Of a stretch of DNA of 32,000 nt, positions 18,969 to 29,153 are shown piece after piece. The notes under the pieces are model-generated. The model made no database searches and was not told the DNA's origin. It worked only from the letters and a program-made list of their open reading frames with translations. Both the position numbers and the translations under genes were made by a program. The DNA lies in assembly GCA_000166095.1 (NCBI GenBank), contig CP002278.1:1170001-1202000 (forward strand). Reading direction: 5' to 3'. The first letter of the stretch is position 1. The number at the start of each line of letters is the position of its first letter. Source of the DNA: Methanothermus fervidus DSM 2088 (GTDB lineage: Archaea > Methanobacteriota > Methanobacteria > DSM-2088 > Methanothermaceae).

Positions 18969-20093
18969 ATGGCAGAAGCGATAGGAGATCCAATAATTTT
19001 TTATTTATTTATTGGAATAGCAGTTGCTGGTACAGTAGCAATGATAATAACATTTAGACCTGTATCAACAATGATTCCATATGCCTATCCAGTTGCGAGA
19101 GTAAGAGCAAGAATAGGTCGCTTAATTACACCTAGACAGTTAGATGAAATTACAGAATTAAAAAATATTGAAGACATGAGGAATTATCTTAGAGGAATAC
19201 CTGATTATTCTAAATATGTGGAGAGATATCCTATTGAAAAAGCCATAGATGTTCATTTAGCAGAAGTTTATGAATTTGCAGCTAAAATTGTTCCTGAAGA
19301 TGTTAAAGAAGTGTTTAAAGCATTGTTAAAGAGATGGGACATTGAGAACATAAAATCATTGTTAATAGCCAAAGATGCTGGATTAGAAGTTGAGGAAATT
19401 GTTGATATGTTGATACCTGTTGGAGAATTATTTGATGAATTAGAAAAATTAGTTGAAGTAGAAAATGTTGAAGAAGTTGTGTATGGTCTTGAAGGAACTG
19501 AATATTCAGATATTTTAGAAGATGCTTTAACAGCATATAAAGAAAAAGGAATATTATTGCCATTCGAAGCAGCGTTAGATAATTACTATTTAAGAAATAT
19601 TATTAAAGCAATAAAATCTGTAAAGACTAAAAATAGAGAAATACTTGAACATTATTTCGGTAGCTATGTGGATATCAGCAATATAATGTTAGTATTGCGA
19701 GCAAAAGTAGATAAACTAAAATATGAGGATATAGAACCATATTTACTACCAGCAGGTAGACAAATTAGTGAATGGAAGCTAAGGGATTTAATGGAAGCAG
19801 AAAACATAAGAGAAGTTATTGCTAGCTTGCGTGGATTTGATTATGAACCTATATTATCTGACGCTTTGCCTAAATATGAAAAAACAAAGTCCATATCTGT
19901 ATTTGAGGAAGCATTAGAAAATTATCTTTACAAAATGGGTCGTAAATTTTTGACAAGAGAGTCATTGACTGTTGCTCCTATCTTAGCATACTTAATTTTG
20001 AAAGAAAAGGAAATTAAAAATTTAAAAATAATAGCACGTGCTAAGCGAGAAGGAATACCTGAATCAAGGATTAAAAAAATGTTAATAAATTGA
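18969..20093 (+). CDS. atpC: A-type ATP synthase subunit C
   Basis: 374-aa V-ATPase d/C-like protein: YAYPVARVRARIGRLITPRQLDEITE...ENIREVIASLRGFDYEPIL. Confidence 0.92.
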   Translation: MAEAIGDPIIFYLFIGIAVAGTVAMIITFRPVSTMIPYAYPVARVRARIGRLITPRQLDEITELKNIEDMRNYLRGIPDYSKYVERYPIEKAIDVHLAEVYEFAAKIVPEDVKEVFKALLKRWDIENIKSLLIAKDAGLEVEEIVDMLIPVGELFDELEKLVEVENVEEVVYGLEGTEYSDILEDALTAYKEKGILLPFEAALDNYYLRNIIKAIKSVKTKNREILEHYFGSYVDISNIMLVLRAKVDKLKYEDIEPYLLPAGRQISEWKLRDLMEAENIREVIASLRGFDYEPILSDALPKYEKTKSISVFEEALENYLYKMGRKFLTRESLTVAPILAYLILKEKEIKNLKIIARAKREGIPESRIKKMLIN

Positions 20094-20102
20094 GGGGTAA
20101 AG

Positions 20103-20417
20103 ATGGCATCTAAAATTGCAGTAATGGGTGACGAAGACACTGTTGTTGGATTTAAATTTGGAGGTATAAAGGATGGTTACATTATAACAAACAAAGAAGA
20201 AGCAAAAAAAACATTTGAAAATTTGATAAAGGAAAAGGATATAATCATAATAACAGAAAACATTGCTGATAAATTGAGATCTGAAATAAATAAAATCTCA
20301 GAAGAACCTCTACCAATAATAATAGAGATACCTGACAAAACTGGTCCTTCTAAGAAAACTGTTGATCCGATGAGAGAACTTGTAAAAAAAGTAATTGGGG
20401 TTGAGATGATAAAATGA
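20103..20417 (+). CDS. atpF: A-type ATP synthase subunit F
   Basis: 104 aa, [19 protein letters not shown]...[13 protein letters not shown]...[13 protein letters not shown]; ATGA overlap with atpA. Confidence 0.93.
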   Translation: MASKIAVMGDEDTVVGFKFGGIKDGYIITNKEEAKKTFENLIKEKDIIIITENIADKLRSEINKISEEPLPIIIEIPDKTGPSKKTVDPMRELVKKVIGVEMIK

Positions 20418-23239
20418 CAGGCGAAAAGAGAATCATCAGAGTATCTGGTCCTGTAGTCGTGGCTGAAGGAATGAAAGGATCACAAATGTATGAGATGGTT
20501 AGAGTTGGAGAAGAAAAACTAATAGGCGAAATTATAGAGTTAGAAGGAGATAAAGCAACAATACAAGTTTATGAAGATACAACAGGGTTAAAACCTGGCG
20601 AAAAAGTTGAAACTACTGGAGGACCCTTATCTGTTGAATTAGGTCCTGGAGTTCTTGGAGAAATTTTTGATGGAATTCAGCGCCCATTGGATAAAATAAA
20701 AGCGATGACCGGTGAATTTATAAGAAGAGGTGTCGATGTACCTTCATTGCCCAGAGAGAAGAAATGGAAGTTTAAACCAACTGTCGATGTTGGCGATGAA
20801 GTGGTAGGTGGAGACATAATAGGTGAAGTACAGGAAACAAAGTCCATTGTTCATAAAATAATGGTTCCTCCAAATATTTCAGGATCTATTGAAAATATAG
20901 AGGAAGGTAAGTTTAAAGTTGATGAAAAAATTGCAGAAATAAAAACTGATGACAGTGTAGAAGAATTAAAGATGATGCAAAAATGGCCTGTAAGGAAGAG
21001 CAGACCATATAAAAAGAAATTAGATCCTGATGTTCCATTAATAACAGGACAAAGGGTACAAGATACGTTTTTCCCAATTGCTAAAGGAGGTACAGCAGCA
21101 ATACCAGGCCCATTTGGTAGTGGAAAATGTGTGTCTGGTGATACTCCAATTTTATTAGGAGACGGTTCATTAATTACAATGGAAGAATTATATAAAAAAT
21201 CATTAGAAAATGGAAAAGTAATAGAAGAGAATGAGCACGAAGAAATAATAAAATTAGATAAACCCATAACTGTTTATTCATTTGATGGATCAAAGATAAT
21301 TAAGACTAAAACTGACATATTCTACAAAGGGAAAAGCGATTCATTAATTCATATAAAAACAAAAAGTGGAAGAGAAGTGAAAGTTACACCTATCCATATA
21401 TTATTCAAAATAAATGAAAATGGTGAAATTGTTGAAACAATGGCAAAAGATTTAAATGAAGGCGATTACATCGTTGCTGCAAGAAAAATTGACATAAATA
21501 ATGAAGATGAGAAAATTGATTTATCAAAATTCAATGAAAAGGAAATTAAAAAACTACCAGATAAGATGTCACCAGAATTAGCAGAATTCTTAGGATTATT
21601 ATTTGCGGCAGGACAATTAGATGAAAACAAGTTAATACTTAAGATTGAAAATGGAAATAAGGATATTTTAGAGAGATTTTCTGAATTATCACTCAAATTA
21701 TTCGGAGTTGAATGTAAGATATTAGAAAATAAAGCTATAATTGAAAATAAATTAATAGTAAAGTTTGTTAAAACACTTGGAATTCTAGAATCTAAAATAC
21801 CAAAAATTATTTTAAAATCTAAAAATAAATGCATTGCCAGATTCATTGATGGTTATATAAATGCATCTGCATCCAATAATGTATTATCAATTGAAGATAA
21901 AGATTTGAAGGTTCAACTTTCATATCTTTTAACAAGAGCTGGTATTTATCACGAAATTTCTCATGATGGCATATTCTTACATCTGGATAATTCATTGTTA
22001 ACATCTGTAGAGTATGGTGATGAAGTAGTAAGTGTAGCAATTAGTTCTTGTGGAGAAACAAACTATCCAAACGAAATATTTGCTGATCAAATAGTTGAAA
22101 TAAGGGAGATTACAGGCCCATTTGATGTCTATGATATTTCTATTCCAGGAATAGAAAACTTCTTTGGAGGATTTGGTGCAATACTTCTACATAATACCGT
22201 TACACAACAACAATTAGCAAAATGGGCAGATGCTGACATAGTGATATATGTTGGGTGTGGAGAAAGAGGAAATGAAATGACTGAAGTTCTAGAGGAGTTT
22301 CCAAAGTTAGAGGACCCAAGAACAGGAAGACCATTAATGGAAAGAACTGTTCTTATAGCAAATACATCTAACATGCCAGTAGCAGCTAGGGAAGCTTGTG
22401 TTTACACAGGTATAACTATTGCAGAATACTTCAGAGATATGGGATATGATGTAGCATTGATGGCAGATTCAACATCAAGATGGGCAGAGGCCATGAGGGA
22501 AATATCAGGCAGGCTAGAGGAAATGCCTGGTGAAGAAGGTTATCCTGCTTATTTAGCTTCAAGATTAGCACAATTTTATGAAAGGGCTGGTAGAGTTATC
22601 ACACTTGGAAGTGAGGATAAAGTTGCATCAGTTTCTGTTATTGGTGCAGTGTCTCCACCTGGTGGAGATTTCTCAGAACCTGTGACACAGAATACTTTGA
22701 GAATATGTAAAGTATTTTGGGCATTAGATTCTTCATTAGCTGATAGAAGACATTTCCCAGCTATAGATTGGCTACAAAGTTATTCATTATATGTGGATAG
22801 TGTAAAAGATTGGTGGAAAAAGAAAATTGGAAAAGATTGGAAAGCTGTGAGAGATGAAGCGATGGCATTATTACAGAAAGAAGCAGAATTGCAAGAAATC
22901 GTACAACTAGTTGGTCCAGATGCATTGCCTGATATAGAAAGATTGACATTAGAGACAGCTAGAATGATACGAGAAGATTTCCTCCAACAAAATGCATACC
23001 ATGAGATAGATACTTATTGTCCACCTGAAAAGCAATTTAAGATGTTAGAAACAATACTATTATTCAATAGAGAAACTAAGAAGGCATTGAAAAAAGGAGC
23101 ACCTATTGATAAATTAACACAACTCCCTGTCAAAGAAGATATTGCAAGAATGAAATACATACCTCCAGATGAATTTGAAGAAAAAGTCAAAGAAATACAA
23201 GATAAAATTATTAAACAATGCGAAGAGGTGCTAAAATGA
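20414..23239 (+). CDS. atpA: A-type ATP synthase catalytic subunit A, intein-containing precursor
   Basis: 941-aa ORF; exteins (585 aa) are canonical AtpA with P-loop GPFGSGK|T interrupted by an intein. Confidence 0.97.
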   Translation: MTGEKRIIRVSGPVVVAEGMKGSQMYEMVRVGEEKLIGEIIELEGDKATIQVYEDTTGLKPGEKVETTGGPLSVELGPGVLGEIFDGIQRPLDKIKAMTGEFIRRGVDVPSLPREKKWKFKPTVDVGDEVVGGDIIGEVQETKSIVHKIMVPPNISGSIENIEEGKFKVDEKIAEIKTDDSVEELKMMQKWPVRKSRPYKKKLDPDVPLITGQRVQDTFFPIAKGGTAAIPGPFGSGKCVSGDTPILLGDGSLITMEELYKKSLENGKVIEENEHEEIIKLDKPITVYSFDGSKIIKTKTDIFYKGKSDSLIHIKTKSGREVKVTPIHILFKINENGEIVETMAKDLNEGDYIVAARKIDINNEDEKIDLSKFNEKEIKKLPDKMSPELAEFLGLLFAAGQLDENKLILKIENGNKDILERFSELSLKLFGVECKILENKAIIENKLIVKFVKTLGILESKIPKIILKSKNKCIARFIDGYINASASNNVLSIEDKDLKVQLSYLLTRAGIYHEISHDGIFLHLDNSLLTSVEYGDEVVSVAISSCGETNYPNEIFADQIVEIREITGPFDVYDISIPGIENFFGGFGAILLHNTVTQQQLAKWADADIVIYVGCGERGNEMTEVLEEFPKLEDPRTGRPLMERTVLIANTSNMPVAAREACVYTGITIAEYFRDMGYDVALMADSTSRWAEAMREISGRLEEMPGEEGYPAYLASRLAQFYERAGRVITLGSEDKVASVSVIGAVSPPGGDFSEPVTQNTLRICKVFWALDSSLADRRHFPAIDWLQSYSLYVDSVKDWWKKKIGKDWKAVRDEAMALLQKEAELQEIVQLVGPDALPDIERLTLETARMIREDFLQQNAYHEIDTYCPPEKQFKMLETILLFNRETKKALKKGAPIDKLTQLPVKEDIARMKYIPPDEFEEKVKEIQDKIIKQCEEVLK
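21128..22195 (+). mobile_element. AtpA intein (P-loop site, as in thermophile VMA-b class inteins) with degenerate LAGLIDADG endonuclease domain
   Basis: Starts C1 [21 protein letters not shown] (block A), block [13 protein letters not shown], blocks [27 protein letters not shown], +1 residue Thr. 356 aa, in-frame, 1068 nt. Confidence 0.96.
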
Positions 23240-24621
23240 GTGCTGATATTAAAACTCGGGAATATACTAGTGTAAGTGAAGTATCTGGTCCTCTTCTAAT
23301 AGTTGAAGGAGTAGAAGATGCAGCATATGGTGAAATAGTAGAGATAGAGACTCCTGGTGGAGAAACTAGGAAGGGCCAGGTATTGGAGATTTATAGGAAT
23401 AGAGCAGTGGTGCAAGTATTTGAGGGAACTGGAGATTTAAATACACAAACAACCAAGGTCAGATTCACTGGTGAGACTGCAAAATTGGGCGTATCTATGG
23501 ACATGATGGGACGTATCTTCGATGGAACAGGGAAACCAATAGATGGTGGTCCTGAAGTAATTCCTGAGGAAGAATTAGATATTACTGGAAGTCCTATGAA
23601 CCCTTCTGCAAGAAAATATCCAGCAGAATTTATACAAACAGGAATATCTACAATTGATGGAATGAATACATTGGTTAGAGGTCAAAAGCTACCAATTTTT
23701 TCAGGATCTGGTCTTCCACACAACGAGTTGGCAGCACAGATTGCAAGACAGGCAAAAGTTTTAACAGAGGAAAGTGAGTTTGCAGTTATATTTACAGCTA
23801 TGGGAATTACACATGAAGAAGCAAACTTCTTTATGAAAGAATTTGAAAGAACTGGAGCATTAGAACGTGTTACAGTATTTATGAATCTTGCAGATGATCC
23901 AGCGATAGAAAGAATAATGACTCCTAGAATGGCTTTAACAACAGCAGAATATTTTGCATTTGAATATGATATGCATGTATTAGTAATACTAACAGACATG
24001 ACTAATTATTGTGAAGCATTAAGAGAGATTTCAGCTGCAAGAGAAGAAGTGCCAGGTAGAAGAGGTTATCCTGGTTACATGTACACAGATTTAGCTAGTA
24101 TATATGAAAGAGCTGGACGTGTCCATGGAAAAAAAGGATCTATTACTCAAATGCCAATATTGGTGATGCCTCAGGATGATATAACACATCCAATTCCAGA
24201 CCTCACAGGTTATATAACAGAAGGCCAAATAGTTTTAAGTCGAGAACTCCATCGTAAAGGAATTTATCCTCCAGTAGACGTGTTACCATCACTATCAAGA
24301 TTAATGAGTGGTGGAATTGGACCAGGTAGAACAAGAGAAGACCATGCCGATGTTTCTGACCAATTATATTCTGCTTACGCTGAAGGTCGTGATTTAAGAG
24401 ACTTAGTTGCAGTAGTTGGTGAAGAAGCTTTAACAGACCGTGACAGGAAATTCTTAGAATTTGCAGATGAATTTGAGAAGAGATTTGTGTCACAAGGTAG
24501 AGACGAAGATAGATCAATTGATGAAACACTTGACCTAGCATGGGACTTACTGAGTATATTACCTACTTCAGAACTTAAGAGAGTGTCAGACGAATACATC
24601 GAAAAATACCTGCCTAAATAA
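23236..24621 (+). CDS. atpB: A-type ATP synthase subunit B
   Basis: [28 protein letters not shown]...[19 protein letters not shown]...[14 protein letters not shown] at 23236 (ATGA overlap with atpA) preferred over the listed 23218. Confidence 0.96.
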   Translation: MSADIKTREYTSVSEVSGPLLIVEGVEDAAYGEIVEIETPGGETRKGQVLEIYRNRAVVQVFEGTGDLNTQTTKVRFTGETAKLGVSMDMMGRIFDGTGKPIDGGPEVIPEEELDITGSPMNPSARKYPAEFIQTGISTIDGMNTLVRGQKLPIFSGSGLPHNELAAQIARQAKVLTEESEFAVIFTAMGITHEEANFFMKEFERTGALERVTVFMNLADDPAIERIMTPRMALTTAEYFAFEYDMHVLVILTDMTNYCEALREISAAREEVPGRRGYPGYMYTDLASIYERAGRVHGKKGSITQMPILVMPQDDITHPIPDLTGYITEGQIVLSRELHRKGIYPPVDVLPSLSRLMSGGIGPGRTREDHADVSDQLYSAYAEGRDLRDLVAVVGEEALTDRDRKFLEFADEFEKRFVSQGRDEDRSIDETLDLAWDLLSILPTSELKRVSDEYIEKYLPK

Positions 24622-24648
24622 TATTTTTTATTTTTTTAGGGGGATAAA

Positions 24649-25290
24649 ATGCCACAGGAAATTATGGAAGGTGTTAATCCAACCAGAATGGAACTCCTAA
24701 AACTTAAACAAAGAGAAAAACTAGCTGTTAAGGGTCACAATCTTTTAAAAGAGAAAAGAAATGCATTAATAATGGAATTCTTCAATTTACTTGACAGAAT
24801 AAAAGGGATGAGGAAAGAAATTGAAGAAGAATTGCAAGATGCATTTAAGGATTTAATGGAGGCATATATTCATACTGGAGATGCAAAAGTAAAAAAAGCA
24901 GCGATGGCTGTACAAGAATCAGTTAGTGTTGATATAGATTCACGTAGTATTATGGGTGTTGTAGTACCTTTAGTGGATGCTGAATCAAAAGAAAGAAGCA
25001 TGGTTGAGAGAGGTTATGGTTTGTTTGATACCTCAGCAAAAATAGATGAGGTTGCAAAAAAATTTGAAAAATTGATTCCTAAGATAATTGAGTTAGGGGA
25101 AGTTGAAAAATCTATTAGACTTTTAGCTGGTGAAATAGAATCAACAAAAAGAAGAGTAAATGCATTGGAACATATAATAATACCTAAACTTAAAAACACA
25201 ATAAAATATATTGAAATGCGGTTAGAAGAAATGGAAAGAGAGAATTTTGTAAGATTAAAAATGATTAAGAGGTCTATGGAGAGTGAATAA
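24649..25290 (+). CDS. atpD: A-type ATP synthase subunit D
   Basis: 213 aa, [36 protein letters not shown]...[40 protein letters not shown]. Confidence 0.95.
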   Translation: MPQEIMEGVNPTRMELLKLKQREKLAVKGHNLLKEKRNALIMEFFNLLDRIKGMRKEIEEELQDAFKDLMEAYIHTGDAKVKKAAMAVQESVSVDIDSRSIMGVVVPLVDAESKERSMVERGYGLFDTSAKIDEVAKKFEKLIPKIIELGEVEKSIRLLAGEIESTKRRVNALEHIIIPKLKNTIKYIEMRLEEMERENFVRLKMIKRSMESE

Positions 25291-25673
25291 TGGTCAAATT
25301 AATGACACGTTTTCGTGAAATAGTAAAGGAATTTGAGAAGAAAGTACATGCTGACAAAGATTTTAGAATTGACAGTCATTATGGTTTAATGAGGGCAATA
25401 GTTGCCAATGAAAACATAGAAGTTAAAAGTGGAGATGTAAAGTCTTTAAAAATTAAAAAAATTACAATTCCAAAGAACCATATTATATGGATTTGTGGAT
25501 ATGGTGTCCATCCATTAGGGCATATTATTGCCGTGGGCGAGGAAGTTCCACTTCCAATCACTATGGAACGTTCTGCAGACCATGCAACCTTTGTAGCAGC
25601 AAAAAGTGGTGAGATAAGAAAAAACGATTTTCTAGGTGTTTCAATACTACTACCTGTCAAGTTATTGAAATAA
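25290..25673 (+). CDS. DUF22-like conserved archaeal protein
   Basis: 127 aa, TAATG-coupled to atpD; ITIPKNHIIWICGYGVHPLGHIIAVGEEVPLPITMERSADHATFVAAKSGEIRKNDFLG. Confidence 0.6.
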   Translation: MVKLMTRFREIVKEFEKKVHADKDFRIDSHYGLMRAIVANENIEVKSGDVKSLKIKKITIPKNHIIWICGYGVHPLGHIIAVGEEVPLPITMERSADHATFVAAKSGEIRKNDFLGVSILLPVKLLK

Positions 25674-25693
25674 TTACTCAGTATTTTTATTTT

Positions 25694-27229
25694 TTATGAT
25701 AATTTAATTCCCTTTACAAGAGGATTTTTCCTTAGCCATTCTATATTGCTTCTATATAACATTCTGATATCATCTATACCTAATTTTATCATTGCTAATC
25801 TTTCAATTCCCAATCCAAATGCAGCCACTGGTGTCTTAATACCTAATGGTTCAAGAACTTCTGGACGAAACATGCCTGCTCCACCAAGTTCTATCCAAGA
25901 GCCTTTCTCTGGTAAATAAATTTCACATTCAGTTGAAAGATAAGTGTATGGGAAATAAGCAGGTCTAAATCTCACTTCAAAACCTAATTTTTTATAAAAT
26001 TCCCTTAATGTTCCAAGGAGATCTCTAAATGTAACATCTTTTGATGCTATAATCCCTTCCACCTGATGAAATTCTGGCAAATGCTTATAAGTTATAGTTT
26101 CTCTTCTAAAAACTCTACCAATTGAAAACATTTTTACTGGAGGTTTGTTCTCAAATAAAAATCTTGCAGATATACATGTTGTATGTGTTCTTAAAACAGG
26201 TTTTTTTGCTATAGATATGTCCCATTTATAGCCCCAACCTTCAGAACCTGTTGATCCACCATGCTCATGAACATCTTTAACCTTTTTAACCAATTTTTCA
26301 TCTGGGAGATCACATATTTTAGGATTTTTTAAATAAAATGTATCCTGCATCTCTCTTGCAGCATGGTCTTGAGGTTGGAATAAACTATCAAAATTCCAAA
26401 AAGCTGATTCAACGATAGGACCTCTTGATTCTTTAAATCCCATGCTAATAAATATTTTTCTTATCTCTTCTATTATGTCACGTAGTGGATGTGTTTTACC
26501 CGGATAAATTTTTGGATATTCAACGAAAATGTCATAAGGTCTATACTTAAGTCTTTTCCACCTGCCACTTTTCAAATCTTCGTGTGTTACTTGTGTAGCT
26601 TCTTCAATTATTTCTAATCCTTCGTCCAATAATTTTTTACCTTCTTCTGTTATTTCTAAAACATGTGTTGTTTTTTCTTTTATATCGAGAAGTCCTCTAT
26701 TTTTTAACAATTCATACCCTTTTTTGAGGTCTTTGGTAAGTGAAGAATACCATATTTCCTCCTTTTTCAATAACTCTTTTAACAATTTTTCATCTTCAAA
26801 ATCTTTATCTATAAATTTTTCACATTTTTTTGTTACTTCAAGTACGCCTTTTTTTATTTTAATACAATTTTTCTTTTTTAACCATCCAATACCTATATTT
26901 ATATCTTTTTTTTCGAAAGGAGATTCTCTAAAAAGATCTTTCATTTTTATACTCTTTTTTTCCAATAAATAATTGAGCAGGCGTCTTTCAGGTAAGCCTT
27001 CTTTAGCATATTTTAATCCTTCATCATTTAATCTTATTAAATAATCAGTTTTTCTATGTATTTTTACAAGATTTTTTGATTCTAAAGATCCAGCAGCACT
27101 CATTACAGCCTTTATATCCATTTTTTGTTTTTTTGCAATTTTTTCTGGCTTTAATGAAAAACCTAATGATTCAAATGCCTTTAATACTTTTTTTTCATAA
27201 ATGTGCAATTCATCTGTTTTGTAAACCAT
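25694..27229 (-). CDS. pheS: Phenylalanyl-tRNA synthetase alpha subunit
   Basis: HPLRDIIEEIRKIFISMGFKESRGPIVESAFWNFDSLFQPQDHAAREMQDTFY...RVFRRETITYKHLPEFHQVEGI...GIERLAMI; GGAGGGCG SD upstream of 27229. Confidence 0.96.
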   Translation of the reverse strand: MVYKTDELHIYEKKVLKAFESLGFSLKPEKIAKKQKMDIKAVMSAAGSLESKNLVKIHRKTDYLIRLNDEGLKYAKEGLPERRLLNYLLEKKSIKMKDLFRESPFEKKDINIGIGWLKKKNCIKIKKGVLEVTKKCEKFIDKDFEDEKLLKELLKKEEIWYSSLTKDLKKGYELLKNRGLLDIKEKTTHVLEITEEGKKLLDEGLEIIEEATQVTHEDLKSGRWKRLKYRPYDIFVEYPKIYPGKTHPLRDIIEEIRKIFISMGFKESRGPIVESAFWNFDSLFQPQDHAAREMQDTFYLKNPKICDLPDEKLVKKVKDVHEHGGSTGSEGWGYKWDISIAKKPVLRTHTTCISARFLFENKPPVKMFSIGRVFRRETITYKHLPEFHQVEGIIASKDVTFRDLLGTLREFYKKLGFEVRFRPAYFPYTYLSTECEIYLPEKGSWIELGGAGMFRPEVLEPLGIKTPVAAFGLGIERLAMIKLGIDDIRMLYRSNIEWLRKNPLVKGIKLS

Positions 27230-28157
27230 TTGCGCCCTCCTTCAATATACATTTTGGAGAATTAGAAGTTTTGTCATACATATCTAGTAGTGTGACCATT
27301 ATAGATGCAGCTGTTAAATCTGCAGTAGTGCCTGGGTTTAGATTTTTTTCTCTTAATTTCTTATCCAAATGTTTTATTTTTTTGTATCCCTCATTGCTTA
27401 ACATGCCACCAACATCTAATATATCTTTAGCAGCTTCAGATACTTTTACAGCAGTTTTATGTCCATATTTTCTTCTAATTAAAGTATCTGGAAATTTAGA
27501 TAAAATAACTAAAAATGTTTGGACAGTGGCAATATTTATTCCATATTTTAAATTTTTTTTAAAAGTTGGGAAACCTATATCAAATGTTATTGGCATTGCA
27601 TTAGTTAATTCATTCGCTATATTATCCCAAGATGAGGAAATTTTTAAAACATCAAACATATTCAAATTATTTTTCAATAATTTACTTTCAGATGATTTAT
27701 CGGTTACATCAATTTCATGATTTCCCATACCACCTGCGTTTGCCATACGTATTGCTCTATATAAATATACAGAATCTTTAGGTGTTGTATTACGCATAAT
27801 TTTATCAACATTTTCCCTAATTTCACCAAATCTTTTTGACATTCCAGCAGCAGCTGATAGAGGTGTTAATAACATTATTATTCCTAAATTTGTATTGTTA
27901 TTTACCCATTTTTTTGTTTCTTTGACAGCTTTATATATTAAATATCCAAGCTCTATAGATTTTAAATCCCTACATTTTTTACTTCTTTTGGCAGCTTCAT
28001 ACATTACATCCCCAATTACAATACCACTTATAAGAAAATCTTCAAAACACATGTCATCAAAATCTTTAGTTCTATGAACATTTCCAGGCTTTGGATATCC
28101 ACTAACTTCTAATATTGATGCTATTTGCGCTGATTTTGAAACATAATTAGCATTCAT
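27210..28157 (-). CDS. Triphosphoribosyl-dephospho-CoA synthase (CitG-like) family protein
   Basis: ASILEVSGYPKPGNVHRTKDFDDMCFEDFLISG...NTNLGIIMLLTPLSAA...LNPGTTADLTAASIMVTLLD. Confidence 0.85.
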   Translation of the reverse strand: MNANYVSKSAQIASILEVSGYPKPGNVHRTKDFDDMCFEDFLISGIVIGDVMYEAAKRSKKCRDLKSIELGYLIYKAVKETKKWVNNNTNLGIIMLLTPLSAAAGMSKRFGEIRENVDKIMRNTTPKDSVYLYRAIRMANAGGMGNHEIDVTDKSSESKLLKNNLNMFDVLKISSSWDNIANELTNAMPITFDIGFPTFKKNLKYGINIATVQTFLVILSKFPDTLIRRKYGHKTAVKVSEAAKDILDVGGMLSNEGYKKIKHLDKKLREKNLNPGTTADLTAASIMVTLLDMYDKTSNSPKCILKEGANGLQNR

Positions 28158-28160
28158 AGC

Positions 28161-29123
28161 TTATATTTCCTCCACAATTTCAGGAGCAAAATGTGTGATT
28201 ATTAAATCTGCACCTGCACGTTTTATGGAAAGCAATGTTTCTATTATAACTTTATTAGAAAGATAATTTGCATCTATAGCGGCTTTTATCATTGAATATT
28301 CACCACTTACATTATATGCGGCAGTAGGTACTCCAAAAGTATCTTTAACAAGTCTAATAATATCAAGATAAGGTAAAGCAGGTTTTACCATTACGATGTC
28401 GGCGCCTTCATCAATATCTAATTTGACTTCCCTTAGAGCTTCTAAAGAGTTCGGTGGATCCATTTGGTAAGTACTTCTATCTCCAAATGCTGGAGATGAA
28501 TATACTGCTGATCTGAATGGTTCATAAAAAGATGACGCGTATTTTGCCGAATATGACATTATTATTACATCATCAAAACCATTTTTTTCTAATTCTTCCC
28601 TTATAGCCTTTACACGACCATCCATCATGTCTGATGGTGCAACAACGTCTGCACCAGCTTCAGCATGTGATAAAGCTACTTTAGATAAATATTTGAGAGT
28701 TTCATCGTTTACTATTTTTTTGTTTTTAACTATTCCGCAATGTCCATGTTCAGTATATTGACAAAGACATACATCGGTTATTACTACTAAGTCTGTCTCT
28801 TCTTTTAATAATTTTACAGATTTTTGGACAATGCCATTTGGGTCATAAGCGCTGGATCCATATTTATCTTTTTTTTTCGGAATTCCAAAAACTAATATAG
28901 CTTTTAATCCTTTTTCTTCTAGCTTTTTAGCCTCATCTATTAATTCATCGACAGAGTACCTATATTGTCCTGGCATTTTAGGAATTTTTTCCTTGGTTTT
29001 TATACCTTCTTTTACAAAAACAGGATATATCAAATCATCTTTGGATAAAGTAGTCTCTTTCACTAGAGACCTTATTTTAGAATTTTTTCTTAACCTTCTC
29101 ATCCGAGTGTATGGAAATTTCAT
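28161..29123 (-). CDS. hemB: Porphobilinogen synthase (delta-aminolevulinate dehydratase)
   Basis: [31 protein letters not shown]...[20 protein letters not shown]...[11 protein letters not shown]...[13 protein letters not shown]. Confidence 0.97.
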   Translation of the reverse strand: MKFPYTRMRRLRKNSKIRSLVKETTLSKDDLIYPVFVKEGIKTKEKIPKMPGQYRYSVDELIDEAKKLEEKGLKAILVFGIPKKKDKYGSSAYDPNGIVQKSVKLLKEETDLVVITDVCLCQYTEHGHCGIVKNKKIVNDETLKYLSKVALSHAEAGADVVAPSDMMDGRVKAIREELEKNGFDDVIIMSYSAKYASSFYEPFRSAVYSSPAFGDRSTYQMDPPNSLEALREVKLDIDEGADIVMVKPALPYLDIIRLVKDTFGVPTAAYNVSGEYSMIKAAIDANYLSNKVIIETLLSIKRAGADLIITHFAPEIVEEI

Positions 29124-29153
29124 TTTAATACACCTGATGAAGTCGTAGAAATA

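Noticed and set aside
21128-22195. Possibility that the extra 356 aa in AtpA is a normal domain or a frameshifted insertion
   Set aside because: It starts with Cys, ends His-Asn, interrupts GPFGSGK|T exactly at a known intein site, and removal restores a canonical 585-aa AtpA.
27076-27720. 214-aa plus-strand ORF
   Set aside because: Fully antisense to pheS and the CitG-like gene, both with clear family motifs; low-complexity Phe/Leu/Ser-rich translation typical of antisense frames in AT-rich DNA.
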